Shown here: positions 1 through 9,703 of the stretch, in pieces
Numbering within the stretch: position 1 is the stretch's first letter
How the letters are laid out: each line of letters starts with the position of its first letter
DNA from: Candidatus Bathyarchaeia archaeon
Lineage (GTDB): Archaea > Thermoproteota > CALKCG01 > B24
NCBI GenBank assembly: GCA_038870975.1
Contig: JAVZJD010000001.1
Coordinates: forward strand, 640,001-704,000
Direction of reading: 5' to 3'
Length of the DNA: 64,000 nt
The notes under the pieces: generated by a model
What the model saw: the letters and a program-made list of their open reading frames with translations, nothing else
Told to the model about the DNA's origin: nothing
Database searches by the model: none
Made by a program: the position numbers and the translations under genes

Positions 1-109
1 GTGCGCATGCATTCCTAACGTTTATTATTTTATTAGATTCGACCTCGACCTCTAAATCGTCGCAACAGCATCCGCAAAAAGGACATAACACGTTTTTAAA
101 GACCTCCAA
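1..109 (-). CDS. fwdB: Formylmethanofuran dehydrogenase subunit B, N-terminal fragment running off the window
   Basis: Hand translation from TTG at 109 gives LEVFKNVLCPFCGCCCDDLEVEVESNKIINVRNACA, the FwdB CPFCG..CDD motif. It lies directly downstream of fwdD. Confidence 0.85.
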   Translation of the reverse strand, partial: MEVFKNVLCPFCGCCCDDLEVEVESNKIINVRNACA

Positions 110-112
110 CTT

Positions 113-481
113 TCAGCCCTCCTTTTGACCACTTGCTTTAACAGGTTCAACTTCAACTTCTAACCCTTTGAAGCTAGGCATTCCAGTTCCATGTGTATTA
201 GGGCTTGTTAAACTATTAACGCAAGGACCGTATGCCATGAAAATTATCCCTGGATGAGGAGCATACCTAGATTTCACCGCTTGAACTATAATGCTTCCAT
301 GTTGGGAACTTATCCTAACGTTATCTCCTTCAACTATGTTAAGTCTACTCATATCCTCAGGGTCCATTTGACATACCGCTGTAGCATTCACATAGCGTTT
401 TGAAAATTTACCCGTCTCCTTTCCCAATCCCTGTTCAAGACTTCTACCGGATACAAGTACCATTTTAACCAGACTAACCAC
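113..481 (-). CDS. fwdD: Formylmethanofuran dehydrogenase subunit D (molybdopterin dinucleotide-binding domain)
   Basis: SGRSLEQG...IFMAYGP..N.L....THGTGMPSFKG signature. Confidence 0.9.
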   Translation of the reverse strand: MVSLVKMVLVSGRSLEQGLGKETGKFSKRYVNATAVCQMDPEDMSRLNIVEGDNVRISSQHGSIIVQAVKSRYAPHPGIIFMAYGPCVNSLTSPNTHGTGMPSFKGLEVEVEPVKASGQKEG

Positions 482-601
482 CGCCTAAGATGATTTAAAC
501 AATCACTCTGAAAGAAATTTCATATACATAACCAGTTTAAAATTGTTTTCTATATAGTAAGACTTATTCTTTACACGTACTACTATAGTGTAGGTGACCA
601 C

Positions 602-1879
602 TTGGAAAAAACATCCCGTATAGCTGGATTTTACAAATTAAGCTTGGAAGATAGGCTACGGATAGTAGCTGAATTTGCAGATTTAACAGAGGAAGAATGT
701 AACTTACTTAGAGATACTGGCAGTCTAGAACTCGGTTTAGCTGATAGGATGATTGAAAATGTCATAGGTGTGATGCATATACCGTTAGGCGTTGCTTTAA
801 ATTTTCTTATAAACGGAAGAGACTACTTAGTGCCTATGGCTATAGAAGAGCCGAGTGTTGTAGCAGCAGCAAGTAATGCCGCTAAAATAGCCAGAGCCAA
901 GGGAGGCTTTCAAGCTTCTACTACACCACCTATAATGATTGGTCAAATACAACTCGTTAAAGTTCCAGACCCATATGGAGCCAAGTACACTATTCTAGTC
1001 CATAAGGAAGAAATTCTAAGTAAAGCTAACGAACAAGACCCAGTGCTAGTTAAATTGGGTGGTGGCGCTAAAGATTTAGAAGTTAGAGTCGTCGAATCTG
1101 ACTTGGGACCTATGGTCATTACACATCTTCTTGTAGACGTTAGAGATGCTATGGGTGCCAACGCTGTCAATACAATGGCTGAAGCTGTCGCACCATTAAT
1201 AGAGAAGCTTACTGGAGGAAAAGTTTATCTGCGTATTATTTCAAACCTGGCCGTTTATCGGCTTGCAAGAGCCAAAGCGGTATTCGATAAAGGAGAATTA
1301 GGTGGTGAAGAGGTCGTCGAAGGAATCTTATATGCGTATCACTTTGCTAAATCCGACCCGTTTAGATGCGCAACACACAACAAGGGAATTATGAATGGTA
1401 TAATCGCAGTGGCACTTGCTACGGGTAATGACACTAGGGCCTTAGAAGCTGGCGCCCATGCATATGCTGCCAGAACAGGCAAATACCAGCCGCTTACAAC
1501 TTGGGAAGTAAACAATGATGGTGATTTAGTAGGTACGATAGAGTTGCCCCTAGCCGTTGGAATAATAGGCGGGGCTACTAGATCTAACCCTCTAGCGAGG
1601 GTTTGTTTGAAGATTTTAGGCGTAAAATCTGCTTGTGAATTAGCCGAAGTTATGGCCTCTGTAGGATTAGCGCAAAATCTCGCGGCGTTAAAAGCATTGG
1701 CTACGGAAGGTATTCAAAGGGGACATATGAAGCTTCATGCTAGAAATATAGCTATAATGGCTGGCGCCACAGGTGAGTTGATAGATGAAGTGGCAGACAG
1801 GATGGTGAAAGAGAGGATTATAAGAGTCGATAAAGCTAAAGAAATTCTACAGGAACTTCTTGAAAAGAGGGGTAAGTAG
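602..1879 (+). CDS. hmgA: HMG-CoA reductase, class II
   Basis: [28 protein letters not shown] and [10 protein letters not shown] motifs. GGTGA Shine-Dalgarno 4 nt before the TTG start. Confidence 0.95.
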   Translation: MEKTSRIAGFYKLSLEDRLRIVAEFADLTEEECNLLRDTGSLELGLADRMIENVIGVMHIPLGVALNFLINGRDYLVPMAIEEPSVVAAASNAAKIARAKGGFQASTTPPIMIGQIQLVKVPDPYGAKYTILVHKEEILSKANEQDPVLVKLGGGAKDLEVRVVESDLGPMVITHLLVDVRDAMGANAVNTMAEAVAPLIEKLTGGKVYLRIISNLAVYRLARAKAVFDKGELGGEEVVEGILYAYHFAKSDPFRCATHNKGIMNGIIAVALATGNDTRALEAGAHAYAARTGKYQPLTTWEVNNDGDLVGTIELPLAVGIIGGATRSNPLARVCLKILGVKSACELAEVMASVGLAQNLAALKALATEGIQRGHMKLHARNIAIMAGATGELIDEVADRMVKERIIRVDKAKEILQELLEKRGK

Positions 1880-2193
1880 GATTTTATGATAATGTTTTTA
1901 GTTTTTCACAGCTTTTATACACTAGCGTATTTTTATTTTATGTTCTCTGCGAAGAGGGTTTAGAAAAGAATTTAAATGTAGATCTCGTGGAAAACCTTCC
2001 GTGAGCTGTGTTTCTGTAAACGCACAGTATAGGAACGTAGACATACGGTGATTCCTGCACTAATAGTAACATTTAGAAGCTGTAGAAGAGAAAGAGAGTT
2101 GGTACGTAAAGCTAGAACTCTGTCCAACTCTCATAAAATGTAAAGGTTAATAAGATTGAAAGCAGGATAGTTTCCTGCTTAGGGGGGATGGAA

Positions 2194-4417
2194 ATGCCTA
2201 GGTATAAGACGACGGCTGAAATCCTTAGGATAATTAAGGATAAGGAGCTTATTCGAAAGGCTTAAGGCTAGAACCTTAAGCCCGAAAAATATAGGTATTA
2301 TAGCTCACGTAGATCACGGTAAAACCACCATGTCTGATAGTCTTCTCGCTGCCTGCGGACTGCTTTCACCATCAGTAGCTGGTCAGGCCTTAGCATTAGA
2401 CTACATGGAGGAGGAACAGCAGAGACAAATGACTATTAAAGCCGCTAACGTGAGCCTCTACTATGAATATGAAAATAAACCGTACGTCATAAATTTAATA
2501 GATACCCCTGGACACATAGACTTTACAGGGAAAGTTACAAGGTCTCTACGGGCAATAGATGGGGCTGTTGTTGTCGTAGATGCTGTTGAAGGTGTGATGA
2601 CACAAACAGAAACTGTAACGAGACAGGCTTTAGAAGAGCGTGTTAAACCAGTACTATACATCAATAAGATCGATAGGTTGATCAACGAACTCAAGCTCTC
2701 ACCGCAGAAAATACAAGAAACAATTGTTAAGATAGTCAAGGATTTTAACAGTTTAATCGAAATGTATGCCGAACCAGAGTATAGAAACACTTGGAAAGTT
2801 AGCTTCACAAACAACAGCGTAGCATTAGGCTCTGCAAAGTACAAGTGGGGGTTTACACTTAAAACTGCCCAGAGGAAAGGCGTAAAATTCTCCGATGTTG
2901 TAGCGGCTTATCAAGAGGGCAACATAGATCATTTGGTGAAAGCAGTTCCACTCCATGAAGCAATATTAGAAATGGTTATCGAGCATCTCCCCCCACCCCA
3001 TGTTGCTCAAAAGTATAGAATACCTAAGATTTGGAGAGGCGATCTATCTTCTGATGTCGGTAAGGCTATGCTAGAATGTGATGACAATGGCCCCGTAGTC
3101 ATGTGCGTCTCCAATATAACTGTCGACCCGCAAGCAGGTATAGTTGCTACTGGTAGATTATTTTCAGGGACCATAAATTCAGGTGATAACATTTATCTGA
3201 TAGGCGCTAAATCCTACAGTAGGGTTCAACAGGTCTGTATATACATGGGACCCAATAGAGAAATCGTCGGCAGTCTATCGGCTGGAAACATACCAGCTCT
3301 ACTAGGACTTGATAAGGCTAGGGCAGGTGAAACAATCTCATCTGTGCAGGATATTGTGCCATTTGAAGCCGTCAAATATGTGACCGAGCCTGTTGTAACT
3401 ATAGCGATAGAGCCTAAATATAGTAGAGATTTACCTAAACTAGTTGATATATTGAATAGACTTACAATAGAAGATCCAAACTACGTAATCAAGATCGACC
3501 AAGAAAGTGGAGAATACCTACTCTCAGGAATTGGACAAGTACATCTGGAAATAGCTTTAACTCTAATAGGTAAAACCGGTTTAGAAATCGTAACATCTCC
3601 ACCAACAGTTATATATAGAGAGAGCATCAGGAGCGCGGCGGGACCATTTATGGCTAAATCTCCAAACAAACATAATAGAGCATTCATAAGCGTTGAACCA
3701 CTAGACCCTGAGATAGTAGAGCTTATAACCTCAGGTCAACTTAATGATTCCTTAGATCGAAGGACAATAGCTAACATTCTTAGAGAGCATGGATGGCCTG
3801 CTGAAGAAGCTAGAAACGTTTGGAGCATAGACCAACATGGATGTATTTTAGTGGATAGGACTAAAGGTATCCAGTACCTTAACGAAGTTAAGGATTATAT
3901 AGTTTCAGGGTTCCTCTCAGCTATGGACGATGGGCCGCTTACGAGAGAGTATGTTAGAGGTGTAAAGGTTAACCTTGAAAACGCTGAATTACACTCCGAC
4001 CCTGCACACAGAGGCCCAGCTCAAATAATACCAATGGTTCGTAGGGCGATCTATGCATGCCTTCTATCGGCAGATCCAATCCTACTTGAACCTATAATGA
4101 AGCTTGTGAGTAGGGCTCCGACTGAAATGGTTGGCGCTCTTACAAAAATCATTACATCTAGAAGGGGACGCATTTTAACAATAGATCAAAAAGAATACGT
4201 TATTCAAGTTGAAGGAGAAATACCTGCTGCTGAAACATTCGACTTAGCGAATGTTATAAGATCGGCAACATCTGGTAGGGCTTTTTGGAGCCTACCATTT
4301 TCAAGATGGGCTCCAGTGCCATCATCTATGCTGTCTCAACTCGTAAGTGAAATACGAAAGCGTAAGGGATTACCTCCAGAACCCCCGAAGGCTGAAAACT
4401 TCATGGATAAAGACTAA
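2194..4417 (+). CDS. fusA: Translation elongation factor aEF-2, join(2194..2257,2289..4417), 730 aa after removing a 31-nt BHB intron
   Basis: Exon 1 reads MPRYKTTAEILRIIKDKELIR. Exon 2 continues NIGIIAHVDHGKTT, DTPGH, NKID and the diphthamide loop HSDPAHRGPAQ. The ORF track starts at internal Met 2330 and misses the P-loop. Confidence 0.95.
2258..2288 (+). other. Predicted BHB (tRNA-type) mRNA intron in the EF-2 gene
   Basis: Central helix TTCG 2252-2255/CGAA 2283-2286; AAA bulges at 2256-2258 and 2287-2289; 9-bp intron stem GGCTTAAGG/CCTTAAGCC. Canonical cuts restore both the frame and the conserved motif. Confidence 0.9.
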
Positions 4418-4424
4418 CTCTTCC

Positions 4425-4534
4425 ACTCAATTCTAAGGCTAAACACCAATTAAATTCCAGCTGAATAGAGCGTGCTCTATTCAGCTACTCAATTCTAATG
4501 CTTAACAGTCTATTCAGCTGATGACTGTTAAGCA
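4425..4534. repeat. Cluster of palindromes and short tandem duplications between convergent genes
   Basis: 13-bp inverted repeat 4459-4486, 12-bp inverted repeat 4499-4534, and ACTCAATTCTAA at 4425 and 4487. Confidence 0.7.
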
Positions 4535-4701
4535 ATAATCTAACTATATCCATGTTGGAAACTGCTTCTAGATAGGTATACAAGGATTTGAAGTCCTTAT
4601 ATTGTTTTATATAATAAACTTTAAGCTTTCTCTCATTCTCAACAGTCATCATTTCAGCTCATCATAAAGCAGTAGACACGTAGATTTTAGTAAAGAATGG
4701 C

Positions 4702-5886
4702 TTATGTAAAATCAGAGTGCCTTCGTAACATATCAACCTCTGTTATACCTTCTCTGACGGCTAATAGGTAGATAAAACTCTCTAGGAAGAAGAGCGTTCT
4801 AAGCTCAAATATCGATTCAAGAGGATTCTTAGGAAGGTAGCTACTTCTAAGTCCTTTAATCTTATAGATTACCCTACCGGGTATTACTATTACAGAATTG
4901 CTATTTGATGCTAATTGACTCTCAGCATAAGATGTTATTGAGACGACTCTAGCACCTTTACTTTTAGCTTTTTCCGCCATAAGAGACGGAATATAGCCAC
5001 CAGACCCAGAAATTATCAAAACCGTGTCTCTAGGTCCAACCGATACACTACCTTTATCTTTCCAAAAATAGCATTCACGGTCTTCATTTGGCCTACAGCA
5101 ATGTCTAAGCCTTGTTACGAAAAAGGAGCCAACTATTCCAGAGAAGCCTTCTCCAACAACCACAGTTTTACCAGTCAGAGGATTTAGAGGAGATCTAGGC
5201 TTAGGTAGAGAGTAATACAATGATTTGAAATCACTCTGAGATGGCGTATAGCTCTTTAAACCCTCCATCAGTTTCTTAAACCATGTATAAGAATCGCTTT
5301 CGATAAATGACCCTACAAAACTCAGTGAAAAAAGCATCGTCCTAAGCTCGTATAGTGTTCCCATTGGTGTTAGAGGAGCATATTGGACGCCGATCAACTG
5401 TCTAACATAGTAGTCTTCCATGTGGTAGTTTAAAACCTCTTTACCGGGTATTTCGACTATTAAGTCAGATAGCTCTGCTAGAGGACTTTCGACGTTTGAT
5501 GTTATAGATACAATCTTAGCATTAGCATCGTGGGCTATTCTAGCCGTTTCAAGTGTATACGTAGTTACACCACTTCCTGAAAAGGCTATGAGAACATCTT
5601 CACTCCTCAGTACATATGGGATATCGTCAGGTCCATAGACTTGTTCAAAGCCTAAATTTCTTAAGAACCTGGTAAAAACTTCAGCATTTCCGCCAGATCT
5701 ACCGACCCCAACGCATATTATTCTTCTGGAGTTTCTTAAAAATTCCTTCAAGGCCTCCAATTTACTCCCATCTGGAAAACTGAAGCCTTCAACAAGTTTT
5801 ACGAGTCTATTGTAGATGTACGATATCTCTTCATTGGATTCCATTGCCATTCTAGCCGCCTCTATTCTATGGAATAGTAAGCTCAC
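4702..5886 (-). CDS. Tandem SIS-domain protein (6-phospho-3-hexuloisomerase-like)
   Basis: Two copies of G.G.SG ... I.SGSG ... SITS..ES.LA..S..(I)PG ... (F/Y)ELRT. Confidence 0.8.
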   Translation of the reverse strand: MSLLFHRIEAARMAMESNEEISYIYNRLVKLVEGFSFPDGSKLEALKEFLRNSRRIICVGVGRSGGNAEVFTRFLRNLGFEQVYGPDDIPYVLRSEDVLIAFSGSGVTTYTLETARIAHDANAKIVSITSNVESPLAELSDLIVEIPGKEVLNYHMEDYYVRQLIGVQYAPLTPMGTLYELRTMLFSLSFVGSFIESDSYTWFKKLMEGLKSYTPSQSDFKSLYYSLPKPRSPLNPLTGKTVVVGEGFSGIVGSFFVTRLRHCCRPNEDRECYFWKDKGSVSVGPRDTVLIISGSGGYIPSLMAEKAKSKGARVVSITSYAESQLASNSNSVIVIPGRVIYKIKGLRSSYLPKNPLESIFELRTLFFLESFIYLLAVREGITEVDMLRRHSDFT

Positions 5887-6017
5887 ATGCTAGTATAACC
5901 TTTTCCCTACCCAACAATGTTGAAAATAGTGCTCTGTATGTTTAATGCACAGTTATCAGTATAAATCAACCTATTGAATAGCAAAACATTTACCTGAGCT
6001 TTGCCTTCTTCTTTACT

Positions 6018-7058
6018 ATGCATTACCTACATAGAGTCGAATGTGTTAAAAAGATCCTAACGGATGAAAATACAGATTTATTTATGATAACTGATCCTAA
6101 AAACGTCTTGTACTTAACTGGTTTTGAAGGGGGGAAACTCTTCATATCGCAGGATGATGAGCCGATTCTAATAGTCTCTGCTTTAAGTTTTGAAGAGGCA
6201 GAAGATGTTGCTAAGGGGGTGCATATTCAACGAGTACCATTGAGCGAATCTATGAAGAATTTCAGTTTAAATGTTTTGAAAGAACTTAGACCTAAGTCGA
6301 TATTTTACGACGATTTATCAGTTTCAGACTATTTAAGTTTGGAAGCCTTGGGTTTTAAGCTTAGAGATGGTTCAAGATATATCTCCCATCTTAGGAGAAG
6401 GAAGGACGAGACGGAGGTTGAATATATACGTAGAGCAGCTGAATTGACTGGAGAACTTATGGAAATTTTAATGACACATATTAAACCTGGAATAAGAGAA
6501 AACGACCTTGCGAAAGAAGCGGATATATTCATACGAGAACGTGGGCTCGAATATGCATTTCCAGTGATAATTGTTTCAGGGTTTAAATCATCCTATCCAC
6601 ATGGTAAACCATCTTTAAAAACCATCTCAGAATGCGAACCTGTGACGATAGATTTAGGAGTAAAATATGAAGGATACTGTGTAGATATGACTAGAAGTTT
6701 CATAGTTGGTCGAAACCCAGAATATGAGACCGTCCTTGAAGATGTAACCAACGCCCAGGGATTAGCGTTAAATTGCGTAAAGGCAGGCATTCAATGTAGA
6801 GACGTAGATAGAGTTGTGAGAGAATTTCTCGACAGTAAAGGCTACGGTGAACTTTTCATCCACAGTCTTGGACATGGTGTAGGTCTGGATATACATGAGC
6901 CACCATCTCTTAATCCACTTAGCGAAGATATATTGATGGAAAATGAGGTGGTAACGATAGAGCCTGGCATTTACTTCAAAAATAAGTTTGGTTGTAGAGT
7001 GGAAGATACGGTTTTAGTGCTTAAAGACAGATGTAAAGTGTTGACATCCGATAAGTAA
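6018..7058 (+). CDS. Xaa-Pro aminopeptidase (M24B)
   Basis: DLG...GYCVDMTRS, HSLGHGVGLDIHEPP, TIEPGIY and RVEDTV. Confidence 0.93.
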   Translation: MHYLHRVECVKKILTDENTDLFMITDPKNVLYLTGFEGGKLFISQDDEPILIVSALSFEEAEDVAKGVHIQRVPLSESMKNFSLNVLKELRPKSIFYDDLSVSDYLSLEALGFKLRDGSRYISHLRRRKDETEVEYIRRAAELTGELMEILMTHIKPGIRENDLAKEADIFIRERGLEYAFPVIIVSGFKSSYPHGKPSLKTISECEPVTIDLGVKYEGYCVDMTRSFIVGRNPEYETVLEDVTNAQGLALNCVKAGIQCRDVDRVVREFLDSKGYGELFIHSLGHGVGLDIHEPPSLNPLSEDILMENEVVTIEPGIYFKNKFGCRVEDTVLVLKDRCKVLTSDK

Positions 7059-7135
7059 GAGCAGTTATTACCAAGTTGAGCGAAACGGGTTGACTGAAGT
7101 AATCGTTAAATTTAACTACGTGGCTTAACAGCAAG

Positions 7136-7711
7136 ATGATAGAAGAGATCTTCAAAGCAGCTATATCTCTGTTTATAATAATGAGCCCCTTCTCAAGCAT
7201 ACCAGTTTTCCTAGCTGTAACGCGGAATACTAGAAGGAAGTTAAAGCCCGCTTCTCAAGCAATTGGGGTTGCATCTGTAACGCTATTTACTTTCCTATTC
7301 TTAGGTCGTGAAATCATGAATATTTTTAGCATAAGCTTTTTCTCCTTAAAAATAGCCGGAGGAGTTGTTTTAACAATCTTAGGAATTGAACTCATACTTG
7401 GCACTTCATTCATTAAAGTTGAAGGGGAGGATTATTCACCTGCTATTTCACTTATAGGTACACCTCTACTTACTGGACCAGGTGTCATAGTTTCAACTAT
7501 GATTTTCACTCAGGAATATGGGTACATAATAACCATAATAGCAGCTACGATTTCCCTTACCGCTAGCTGGCTTATACTTTTATGCTCTGAGTATATTGAT
7601 AGAGTTGTTGGAGATTTTTGGCGTGAGACTGTTTCAAGAGTGACTGGCTTTCTATTGGTGGCTGTCGCCGTCGAATTTATCGTATCGGGGATAAGACTTA
7701 CATTAACGTAA
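7136..7711 (+). CDS. MarC family membrane protein
   Basis: LFIIMSP..IPVF, IAGG and PLLTGPG motifs; hydrophobic throughout. Confidence 0.9.
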   Translation: MIEEIFKAAISLFIIMSPFSSIPVFLAVTRNTRRKLKPASQAIGVASVTLFTFLFLGREIMNIFSISFFSLKIAGGVVLTILGIELILGTSFIKVEGEDYSPAISLIGTPLLTGPGVIVSTMIFTQEYGYIITIIAATISLTASWLILLCSEYIDRVVGDFWRETVSRVTGFLLVAVAVEFIVSGIRLTLT

Positions 7712-7724
7712 GTAAAAGTCTTCC

Positions 7725-8525
7725 TTATAATGCTTTATACTGGACTTTAAATTCTGAATCCGTCAGAATTGAGCAGGAGCAACTTCTATCTGAAGGCAGG
7801 CTTTTTATGGTTTCTTCAAGGATTCTCATGGTTACTTCTCTTTTTCTAAGAGCTATGTCCGAGACCTCTTTGCTCGTTATTCGACTCTGCATACCAGCTG
7901 CCATATTCGATATTATACATAGAGAAGCATAGCATAATCCAAGTTCTCTAGCTAGAGCTGCTTCAGGACAGCCAGTCATACCTACGACATCCGCACCTAG
8001 AACTCTGAACATTCTTATTTCTGCAACTGTTTCAAATCGAGGACCTTCCGTACATACATAAGTAGACTTATCCCATACAATTTCACCCAGTTTACACGCC
8101 GATTTTAATAGAAAATGTCTAAGCTCTTCACAATATGGCCTTGTAAAATCTATGTGGACCACTGGTTGAGTGTCGTAGAATGTATAACATCTACGCTTAG
8201 TGAAGTCTATTAGATTGTGTGGAACTGCAAAATCCCCCGGTTTCATAATTGGATTTATAGCGCCTACTGTGTTAACGGCAAGCAACCTATTAACTCCAAG
8301 TTCTTTCAAAGACCATAAGTTAGCTCTATATTCTACCATATGCGGTGGGTTTTCATGACTAACACCATGTCTTAAAACGACTAAAGTCTCGACATCACCT
8401 ATGGCAACTCTAAAAACGATAACCTTCTTAAAGTTAAACGGTGTTTCAACTTCAATAGTTTCCAAGACCTTTAAATCACTCTCAAAACCAGAACCTAGAA
8501 TTATCCCGTGGCGTATACTCTTCAA
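7725..8525 (-). CDS. mtnP: Methylthioadenosine/methylthioinosine phosphorylase (MTAP family)
   Basis: RHG..H..PPH...YRAN, EGPRFETVAE, DVVGMT..PEA.LARELG and NMAAG. Confidence 0.88.
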   Translation of the reverse strand: MKSIRHGIILGSGFESDLKVLETIEVETPFNFKKVIVFRVAIGDVETLVVLRHGVSHENPPHMVEYRANLWSLKELGVNRLLAVNTVGAINPIMKPGDFAVPHNLIDFTKRRCYTFYDTQPVVHIDFTRPYCEELRHFLLKSACKLGEIVWDKSTYVCTEGPRFETVAEIRMFRVLGADVVGMTGCPEAALARELGLCYASLCIISNMAAGMQSRITSKEVSDIALRKREVTMRILEETIKSLPSDRSCSCSILTDSEFKVQYKAL

Positions 8526-9703
8526 GTCTCCTCAACTCTCCAGATCTTTAAAAGTCTATCTCTAAATTTATGAGCCACAAGAGTGGAAGTCACTATAAGA
8601 ACCGTTGCTAGTATTACCCAGAAGAAGAAGGCTATAGTCGCTGGATGCAGTACGGATGTGGGTGGCGTCTTGATGAGGGGTATCGAGTTAGCTATCGTTC
8701 CAAATATCATAACTACCGAGATAATTCCTACGATGTCTCCTAGGAATTTCAAGCTTTTGTTTATGTAGTCATAAATAGCTTTACTAATTATTAAAGTTGA
8801 GAAGCCCGCCAGGAAGAAGCCTAAGACACCTTCAATGAAGCTTGCAAGTATTACATTAAAGTGGTTTATGAAACTCTGAAGATCCGCAAGTTTCTCCATA
8901 GGAACGTTTGCTATAACGGATGAAAAGCCTTGTGAAAAACCAAGTCCACACATTATTATGCATACTACGTATCCGAAAACCCTTATGAGAATCGATGGCT
9001 TTGATGAGACTTCCGACACTATGTAACTTACAGACTTATCTATACCAAACCCTTTAATGAATAACGTTAAACCCGCAATCATGAGTATCACAGTAAATGT
9101 GTAGGGTATGAGGGGGATCTCAGGATACAGGAGGGTTAACATATATAAAATCGAAAATGATAAAACTACTAAACCTGGTATTCCAAGCGTCCATTTAGTA
9201 TACCTGGGGTCTTGAATTAGCATAGTTAAATACCTTGTTAATATGTACCAGCTAGTTTCAATGGATTCGCTATGTTTAACTGCAAACCTCCTAACAGAAA
9301 TTATCGGAATCTGAGATTGTATTATCGGTGAAATCTCCTGGTCAGTATATCCGTCTGAGACCAGTATTGCTGCGTCAGCAGGATATATCTTAAGCGTTTC
9401 TCTTAGAGACTCGGATATCTTTCTATCCGCCTCAATCCCGCCATTCTTGGAACCAGTTAAAACCGCCACTTCATAATCACTTGATTTATCTTTAGATTTT
9501 AAATTGTCCATTATACGTACAGCTTCAAACATAGCGTTTGCATCCGCTTCCTCAGGATCATTAATTATAAGCTTTAAAGCAGCCTCAAGGACTTTCTCTT
9601 TCCCAATAACCGGAGATTTTACACCCGCTTTAACACCCAGATCGTCATCTTTATCTATGCATAAAACGAGAATTCTCATCGACTCTTTTTTGATTTCGTC
9701 CAT
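8522..9703 (-). CDS. DUF373 family archaeal membrane protein
   Basis: LVLCIDKDDDLG..K, DPEEADANAMF and SDG..D, followed by multiple TM segments. Confidence 0.85.
   Translation of the reverse strand: MDEIKKESMRILVLCIDKDDDLGVKAGVKSPVIGKEKVLEAALKLIINDPEEADANAMFEAVRIMDNLKSKDKSSDYEVAVLTGSKNGGIEADRKISESLRETLKIYPADAAILVSDGYTDQEISPIIQSQIPIISVRRFAVKHSESIETSWYILTRYLTMLIQDPRYTKWTLGIPGLVVLSFSILYMLTLLYPEIPLIPYTFTVILMIAGLTLFIKGFGIDKSVSYIVSEVSSKPSILIRVFGYVVCIIMCGLGFSQGFSSVIANVPMEKLADLQSFINHFNVILASFIEGVLGFFLAGFSTLIISKAIYDYINKSLKFLGDIVGIISVVMIFGTIANSIPLIKTPPTSVLHPATIAFFFWVILATVLIVTSTLVAHKFRDRLLKIWRVEET

Noticed and set aside
2234-2265. Programmed frameshift or stop readthrough to make EF-2
   Set aside because: Readthrough cannot fix the frame, and a +1 shift would insert about ten foreign residues into the conserved IRNIG strand.
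2330-4417. EF-2 as a truncated 695-aa protein or pseudogene
   Set aside because: The missing N-terminus and P-loop are intact upstream, the insertion is a perfect BHB whose cuts restore the motif, and no other lesions are present.
4518-4565. Hammerhead ribozyme (CTGATGA ... GAAAC)
   Set aside because: The required flanking stems cannot be formed.
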